The notes below the pieces were generated by a model, which did no database searches, had not been told where the DNA came from, and was given only the letters and a program-made list of their open reading frames with translations. A program made the position numbers and the translations under genes. Positions 58,550 through 64,000 of a stretch of 64,000 nt of DNA are shown piece after piece (position 1 is the first letter of the stretch; each line of letters opens with the position of its first letter). Source of the stretch: Candidatus Zixiibacteriota bacterium (GTDB lineage Bacteria > Zixibacteria > MSB-5A5 > WJJR01); contig JBFMFQ010000001.1 of NCBI GenBank assembly GCA_040752075.1, forward strand, positions 342 through 64,341, read 5' to 3'.

Positions 58550-59081
58550 ACGCCGCCCCACCAAGGCGCGTTTGGCGCGGGTACGGATGATCATCTTCGA
58601 CTTCGATGGTGTGCTGACGGACAACTACGTGTTCGTGGGTGAGAACGGTGAACGATTCAAGAGATTCTGGGTGCCCGACGGTGTTGGGATTTTCCTGGCC
58701 CACAAGGCGGGGATCAAGTTCGCGATCATCACGGGCAATCAGGACAAATCAACGCGTGTCCGGGCCGAGTACCTGCGCATTGACGATGTGTTCCAGGGCA
58801 TTCTGGACAAGGCGGAGGCGTACGACGAAGTCAAACGGCGGCACCGGTTGAGCGACGAGGAATGCCTCTATATCGGCGATGATCTCCCCGACCGTCCGGT
58901 GTTTGAGCGCGTGGGGATCGCGGTTGCGCCGTCGGACGCCAACCCGCTGATGAAACGGCTGGCCGATTGGATCGGCAGTTACCCAGGCGGACGGGGTATC
59001 GTGCGTGAGACCATCGACGCGGTCCTGGAAGCCCGCACCAATGGAACCGGAAAGCCGAAGAGTGGGAAGAGACCCAAATGA
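58539..59081 (+). CDS. kdsC: KDO 8-phosphate phosphatase (HAD family)
   Basis: IIFDFDGVLTD and YIGDDLPD motifs. Alternative start at 58524. Confidence 0.8.
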   Translation: MPAKRRPTKARLARVRMIIFDFDGVLTDNYVFVGENGERFKRFWVPDGVGIFLAHKAGIKFAIITGNQDKSTRVRAEYLRIDDVFQGILDKAEAYDEVKRRHRLSDEECLYIGDDLPDRPVFERVGIAVAPSDANPLMKRLADWIGSYPGGRGIVRETIDAVLEARTNGTGKPKSGKRPK

Positions 59082-60094
59082 CCAAATCGGCGATGTCCAA
59101 TACGTCCACCCGTTCGGCCGCCGTGGCAGAGTCCCGCCGGGTCCGCACCGGTCGTGATGTGATCCGCCTCGAGGCCGAGGCGGTGGCCACCGTGGCCGCG
59201 CGCCTGGATGATCGCTTCGACACGGCCGTGGACATCCTCTTGCGCGCCGAGGGACGCGTCATCGTGAGCGGCATGGGAAAGTCCGGGTTGATTGGACAGA
59301 AGATCGCCTCCACGTTGTCATCGACCGGCACACCCGCTGTGTTCCTGCACCCGGTCGAGGCCGGCCACGGCGACATCGGCGTGGTGGGCGCCGGCGATGT
59401 CCTTCTTGCCATCTCGAAATCGGGCAATTGCGAAGAGATCGGCGAACTCCTCCCGTTCTTCAAGCGCATGGGCACACCGATCATTCTGATCACCGGCAAC
59501 ATGAACAGCGAACTGGCCCGCCGCGCCGACATCGCCCTCGATGCCTCCGTGGAGGGCGAAGCCGAACCCAACGATTTGGTTCCGACCTGCTCGACCACCG
59601 CGGCTTTGGCCATGGGCGATGCCCTCGCCGTAACGCTGCTTTCCGAGCGCGGCTTCACGGCGGAGCAATTCGCGCGATTGCATCCCAAAGGGGCGCTGGG
59701 GAGGCGGCTCCTTCTTACGGTTGCGGACTTAATGCATGCGGGCGATGAGGTGCCGCTGGTGGCCATCGACGCGCCATTTAAGGATGTCCTCGTCGAAATG
59801 ACCCGCAAGCGATTCGGGGCCACCGGGGTGGTCGATGCAAATGGGTGCCTTATTGGGGTCTTTACGGATGGCGATCTGCGCCGTCAGGTGGAGCGTCACA
59901 TCGATCTGATGAAGGCAAGCGCCGCCGATGTGATGACCCGAAACCCCAAAACCATATCGTCCAACGAACTCGCGGTTGCGGCGGTCGCCAAGATGGAGGA
60001 CCACCGAATCACCTCGCTGTTCATTGTGGACGACAATCGCAAGCCGCTGGGGATTCTGCACCTCCATGATATCCTCCGCTCGGGAGCGGTGTAA
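59078..60094 (+). CDS. kdsD: Arabinose-5-phosphate isomerase (SIS + tandem CBS)
   Basis: VSGMGKSG SIS motif. C-terminal CBS pair. ATGA overlap with kdsC. Confidence 0.85.
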   Translation: MTKSAMSNTSTRSAAVAESRRVRTGRDVIRLEAEAVATVAARLDDRFDTAVDILLRAEGRVIVSGMGKSGLIGQKIASTLSSTGTPAVFLHPVEAGHGDIGVVGAGDVLLAISKSGNCEEIGELLPFFKRMGTPIILITGNMNSELARRADIALDASVEGEAEPNDLVPTCSTTAALAMGDALAVTLLSERGFTAEQFARLHPKGALGRRLLLTVADLMHAGDEVPLVAIDAPFKDVLVEMTRKRFGATGVVDANGCLIGVFTDGDLRRQVERHIDLMKASAADVMTRNPKTISSNELAVAAVAKMEDHRITSLFIVDDNRKPLGILHLHDILRSGAV

Positions 60095-60102
60095 GACAAA
60101 AG

Positions 60103-60681
60103 GTGGCCGTGAGGAAGAGTGCGTCTCGGCCGGTATCGTGCCGCAAATGGCTGGCCGCAATTTGCCTGCCTGCGCTCGTGGCTTCCAGCTGCACTTATGA
60201 AGAACCGACCGTGCGGCCCTCCTCCCAGACATTCCCAACCTCTGAAGCGACCAACGCCACGACTGAGTTTCTGACCGGCTCGATCGTCACGACCCGGCTG
60301 CACAGCGGACGGATCATTCAGTTCGCCGAGAGTGATTCGGCTTGGGCCTATGTGCTCCATGCCGACTTCTATGACTCGAGTGGGGTTCACACCTCCACCC
60401 TTACAGCGGACTCGGCGCTGGTCCGCGAGGGCCGGCGGCTCATGGAAGTGTTCGGTCAAGTCCATGTCCTGACCGACAAAGGGACGACCCTGGAATCATC
60501 CCACCTTGCCTGGAATGATTCGAGTCAAACTGTTTCGACGGATTCGTTTGTCGTGGTTACCCGTGGGGAGGATGTGATGTCGGGGTACGGCTTTCAATCC
60601 GACCCCGACCTCACCCGCATCATCTTTCGCCGTCAGGTGTCCGGACGAATCGCCGACCCCGAGACGCTCGAAGAAGAATAA
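60103..60681 (+). CDS. lptC: LptC-like LPS export protein (membrane-anchored periplasmic)
   Basis: N-terminal anchor (WLAAICLPALVASSC). About 190-aa beta-rich periplasmic domain. Conserved position directly after kdsC-kdsD. Weak sequence-level assignment. Confidence 0.45.
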   Translation: MAVRKSASRPVSCRKWLAAICLPALVASSCTYEEPTVRPSSQTFPTSEATNATTEFLTGSIVTTRLHSGRIIQFAESDSAWAYVLHADFYDSSGVHTSTLTADSALVREGRRLMEVFGQVHVLTDKGTTLESSHLAWNDSSQTVSTDSFVVVTRGEDVMSGYGFQSDPDLTRIIFRRQVSGRIADPETLEEE

Positions 60682-60687
60682 ACTTCG

Positions 60688-61806
60688 TTACAGCTTCCTG
60701 GCCACCGCCTCGGCCATCTCCAGCGAAGTGTTTGATCCGCCCATGTCGTAAGTGCGGACCTTGCCCTCCCTAATAACGGTCGCGATCGCGCCTTCCAAAC
60801 GGCTGGCCATGGAGATCTCCTCCAGCCAGTCAAGCATCAGCTTGACGGTCAGGAGCATCGCCATCGGGTTGACCTTGTATTGCCCCGCGTACTTGGGCGC
60901 CGACCCGTGGGTGGGCTCGAACACCGCGTAATCGTCACCGATGTTTCCGGAGGAGGCGAATCCAAGTCCCCCGACCAACTGGGCGCAGAGATCGGAGATG
61001 ATGTCGCCGAACATGTTGGATGCAACAAGCACGCCGTAGTCCTGGGGATTTTTGATCAGCCACATGCACATGGCGTCGATGTTCGTCTCCCAGAGGGCGA
61101 TGCCGGGATAGTTTTTGGCCACTTCACGAGCGGTTCGGACCATCAGACCGGACGTTTCACGGACGACGTTCGGTTTCTCAACAATCGTCACGGTTTTGTA
61201 CCCGAACTTCTTGGCGTACTCAAACGCCGCGGTGACAATGTTGCGGGAGGCCTGGCGGCTGATGATGCGGCAGGAAATGGCCAGATCGCCCGCCGCCACC
61301 GAATCGAACTTCTTCATCTTCTTGTTGTTTTTCGACAGCACTTCGCGCACATCGTCCGGCACCGGATGGAATTCAACGCCCGCGTACAGGTCCTCGGTGT
61401 TCTCGCGGAAGACGACGAGGTCAATGTCCTCACGGAAATTGAGAGGATTGCCCGGATATGCTTTGCAGGGGCGCAGATTCGTTCGCAGGTTGAACGCCTG
61501 ACGGAGGCCGACGATCGGCGACGAATACACAAGGCCCTTTCCCTTCAAGTCCGGGACCAGTTCCGCCTCGGCCTCTTCCTTCGGCTTTGAAGTGATGGCG
61601 CCGAACAGGGCGCAATCGGTCTCGCGCAGGGTTTTAAGCGTCCGGTCAGGCAGTGGATTGCCCTCCTTGCACCAGTATTCCCAGCCAATGTCCGCGTGGG
61701 TGTAGGTGGCATCCAGTTTCAAGGCATCCAGCACGATCCGCGCGGCGTCCATGACGTCCTTGCCGACACCGTCTCCGGGCATCCAGGCAATCTTGTATTT
61801 CGCCAT
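60688..61806 (-). CDS. Isocitrate/isopropylmalate dehydrogenase family protein (probably NAD-dependent isocitrate dehydrogenase)
   Basis: GDGVGKDV, NLRTNLRPCK, GSAPKYAG motifs. GGAGAG RBS 5 nt before ATG 61806. Confidence 0.75.
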   Translation of the reverse strand: MAKYKIAWMPGDGVGKDVMDAARIVLDALKLDATYTHADIGWEYWCKEGNPLPDRTLKTLRETDCALFGAITSKPKEEAEAELVPDLKGKGLVYSSPIVGLRQAFNLRTNLRPCKAYPGNPLNFREDIDLVVFRENTEDLYAGVEFHPVPDDVREVLSKNNKKMKKFDSVAAGDLAISCRIISRQASRNIVTAAFEYAKKFGYKTVTIVEKPNVVRETSGLMVRTAREVAKNYPGIALWETNIDAMCMWLIKNPQDYGVLVASNMFGDIISDLCAQLVGGLGFASSGNIGDDYAVFEPTHGSAPKYAGQYKVNPMAMLLTVKLMLDWLEEISMASRLEGAIATVIREGKVRTYDMGGSNTSLEMAEAVARKL

Positions 61807-62102
61807 TTGGTCTCTCCTCAAATCACGGGTTTAGGGCAGGCCGCCAATCATGCCAACGCGGAAAACGGCATTCAAGCGAAATCGGCAAGGCGTTGCGATC
61901 TTCGGCCGAAGTTTGTCAGAATGGAAATCCTGAAAGCGGAAAGGCCGCACAGCGGCGCGGAGAGGGCGTCGCAACGCGATGCCGGTCAAGTCCAATCGGC
62001 CTTGGCTACGGGGGCTGGGTCCCCATGAATTGCCTCGACGGCCCGACTTGGCAAAACCGCTTCTGCGCCGGGCAACTCTTGCGCCACGCCGGCGGCTCCC
62101 GA

Positions 62103-62131
62103 TTGACTTGGCCGCATTCCCGCTTCATACT
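62103..62131 (+). promoter_or_regulatory. Candidate sigma70 promoter TTGACT-N17-CATACT upstream of the SucC-like gene
   Basis: TTGACT at 62103-62108, 17-nt spacer, CATACT at 62126-62131. Start codon about 30 nt downstream. Confidence 0.35.
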
Positions 62132-62160
62132 TGCGGGCCGTCCCGCCTCCGCGGGGTGAG

Positions 62161-63723
62161 GTGCTCGACGTGGCCAGATTACACGAATACCAGGGAAAGA
62201 AACTTCTGCGCGACGCGGGATTCAGTGTGCCCAAAGGCGCGGTGATTCGTGCCGGGGATGACATGCGGGCCGCCGTAACCGCGTCCGGTCTGCCGGCGGT
62301 CATCAAGGCCCAGGCGTGGACAACCTCGCGGGCGGCACAGGGCGCCATCGCCTTTGCCGACACGGACGCGGATGCGCAGGCGGCGATCAGCCGCATGCTG
62401 TCGCTCACTTTCGCCGGGTTCCCCGTTTCCGAGGTCCTGGTTGAAGAAAAGGTCGACATTGCGCGTGAATTCTACGCGGGTGTGGTGATTGATGATGCCA
62501 ACAAGACACCGGTCGTGATCTTCTCCTCCGTTGGGGGTTCCGGCATCGAGGATCTGGCGAAGCGATTCCCCAAGAATGTGGCCAAGACACCCGTCGATGT
62601 CCGTTTCGGTCTGCGCGAATACGAGGCCCGGGACACCGTGCGCAAAACCGGGGTCAGCGGCAGTCTCCAAGCCGAGTTGGCGAAGGCGTTGATGCGCCTC
62701 TACGGTGTCGCCCGCAAGTGGGAAGCCCGGTCCGCGGAGATCAACCCGCTGGTCCTGCGTGGCGACGGGTCCATCGTCGCCTGCGACTGCCGCATCACGG
62801 TGGACGACAATGCCGTCTTCCGTCACCCCGAACTCGGCATCGAGATCGCCCGTGAATTCGGCCGGCCTCCCTCGGAATTGGACCGCATCGCATGGATGGT
62901 CGAGAAAGATGACTACCGCGGGACTTTCTACTTCATCGAGATGGCGCGTGGCTATGCACGCGGCGAGAAGTATCTCGGATTCCACGGCGCCGGGGGCGGT
63001 GGCTCGATGATGTCGATGGATGCCTTGGTGAAGCGCGGCTACAAGATCGCCAATTTCACCGATACATCCGGTAACCCCCCCGCCTCAAAAGTCTACCGGG
63101 CGGCCAAGATCATCCTGTCGCAGCCGAACATCGACGGCTACTTCGGCTCGGGCTCCGGGGTCGCCTCACAGGAGCAGTTCCACTCCGCCCGGGGGTTGGT
63201 CAAGGCCTTCTGGGAGGAGAATCTCTCGATTCCCGCTGTGATCCGGCTGGGCGGCAACAGCGAGGACCAGGCGATTCGCATCCTGACCGAATACACGAAG
63301 AATCTCCCGGCTCCCGTCGAGGGATACAAGAAGGACGACACCGCGGATTTCTGCGCCGGGCGGATGGATGCACTCATTCAGGAGTCCAAAGACCGTGCCA
63401 GGACGCGTGCTCCGATCGTGCCCTCCTCACCGCCATTCGAGGCGAAGGAGCCGTACACCTTTGAGACGCCGACCGGGCAGGTCGTCCTCGATCATGCGCT
63501 TTGCCGCGATTGCAAGACAAAGATCTGTGTTGAAACATGTGTCCCGCAGATTCTGCGGGTCGAAAACGATGCGGTTGTCCTGAACATCTCACGGGAAGAT
63601 GCCAAGGCGGGCAAGTGCACCGAGTGCCTCGCGTGCGAGGTGGAGTGCCGGGTCGGGGGCAACGGCGGTGGACGCGTCATCCTGCCCATCGCGGGATTGG
63701 ATGAGTACAGATCCAAACCGTAA
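62161..63723 (+). CDS. Succinyl-CoA ligase beta-subunit-like ATP-grasp protein with C-terminal 2x[4Fe-4S] ferredoxin-like extension
   Basis: [10 protein letters not shown] (SucC N-terminus), EINPLVL, CoA-ligase region ([27 protein letters not shown]). Then [15 protein letters not shown] and [11 protein letters not shown] Cys clusters in the last ~90 aa. Followed by sucD. Confidence 0.7.
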   Translation: MLDVARLHEYQGKKLLRDAGFSVPKGAVIRAGDDMRAAVTASGLPAVIKAQAWTTSRAAQGAIAFADTDADAQAAISRMLSLTFAGFPVSEVLVEEKVDIAREFYAGVVIDDANKTPVVIFSSVGGSGIEDLAKRFPKNVAKTPVDVRFGLREYEARDTVRKTGVSGSLQAELAKALMRLYGVARKWEARSAEINPLVLRGDGSIVACDCRITVDDNAVFRHPELGIEIAREFGRPPSELDRIAWMVEKDDYRGTFYFIEMARGYARGEKYLGFHGAGGGGSMMSMDALVKRGYKIANFTDTSGNPPASKVYRAAKIILSQPNIDGYFGSGSGVASQEQFHSARGLVKAFWEENLSIPAVIRLGGNSEDQAIRILTEYTKNLPAPVEGYKKDDTADFCAGRMDALIQESKDRARTRAPIVPSSPPFEAKEPYTFETPTGQVVLDHALCRDCKTKICVETCVPQILRVENDAVVLNISREDAKAGKCTECLACEVECRVGGNGGGRVILPIAGLDEYRSKP

Positions 63724-63764
63724 CGGCGCGGGCCGCCGATACGATTGAGCCATGCTGGGAAACC

Positions 63765-64000
63765 ATGTCGATCCTCGTTGACGAAACCAAGAAGGTCGTG
63801 GTCCAGGGAATCACCGGACGCGAGGGCATGGCGCGCACCAAGCTGATGCAGCGCTACGGGACCCGTGTCGTGGCGGGATGCACACCGGGCAAGGGCGGGC
63901 AGGACGTGCTTGGTGTCCCGGTTTACGACACGGTCCTGGAGGCGGTCGAGGTCTGCGAGGGTCTCGATGTCTCGGTGATCTTTGTCCCCGCGCCGCTGGT
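63765..64000 (+). CDS. sucD: Succinyl-CoA ligase alpha subunit (partial, continues beyond window)
   Basis: [19 protein letters not shown]...GCTPGKGG. CoA-binding N-terminus. Confidence 0.8.
   Translation, partial: MSILVDETKKVVVQGITGREGMARTKLMQRYGTRVVAGCTPGKGGQDVLGVPVYDTVLEAVEVCEGLDVSVIFVPAPL

Overview
High-GC (~65%) bacterial chromosome segment, densely coding, with diderm (LPS-containing) envelope genes. There are no rRNA or tRNA genes, CRISPR arrays, or evident mobile elements.

(1) 80-17145, + strand: a long co-directional, translationally coupled aromatic amino-acid supra-operon. Its order is dapF-like, trpE-trpG-trpD, an embedded MFS transporter, trpC-trpF-trpB-trpA, argS, DAHP synthase, aroA, aroE, two embedded nucleoside-recognition (Gate/SpmAB-like) membrane proteins, aroK, aroB, aroQ. 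It is followed by a MATE efflux pump, an HDAC-family deacetylase and a Cys/Met PLP enzyme.

(2) 20919-32599: envelope and housekeeping genes. These are an unusually long LptD, a c-type cytochrome (- strand), FtsK, a LolA-like protein, RimO, an SLT lytic transglycosylase, BamD and NadD.

(3) 32667-34217: a DUF2064-like nucleotidyltransferase-fold protein plus a creatininase-family amidohydrolase.

(4) 34341-39667, - strand: a FadL-family outer-membrane channel co-transcribed with an extremely Tyr/Trp-rich lipoprotein, an unknown beta-barrel OMP, and pabC-pabB.

(5) 39948-48178: an ECF sigma factor, a ZAS anti-sigma, an HtrA-like PDZ protease, then tamB and tamA (Omp85).

(6) 48246-51347: PuuD-like C26 amidotransferase, IscS, MnmA.

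(7) 51360-54634, - strand: small Zn-ribbon and membrane proteins, NUDIX, PaaI thioesterase, M24 aminopeptidase.

(8) 54814-60681: GatC, then a KDO operon kdsB-pyrG-kdsA-kdsC-kdsD-lptC.

(9) 60688-64000: IDH-family dehydrogenase (- strand), divergent from a SucC-like protein carrying a C-terminal 2x[4Fe-4S] ferredoxin-like extension, then sucD (partial).

The most notable observations are active-site substitutions read by eye in the DapF-like (both catalytic Cys appear as Ser) and HtrA-like (canonical His position appears as Gly) proteins, the SucC-ferredoxin fusion, and the aromatic-rich lipoprotein/FadL pair. All calls are from motif recognition by eye; no database searches were run.
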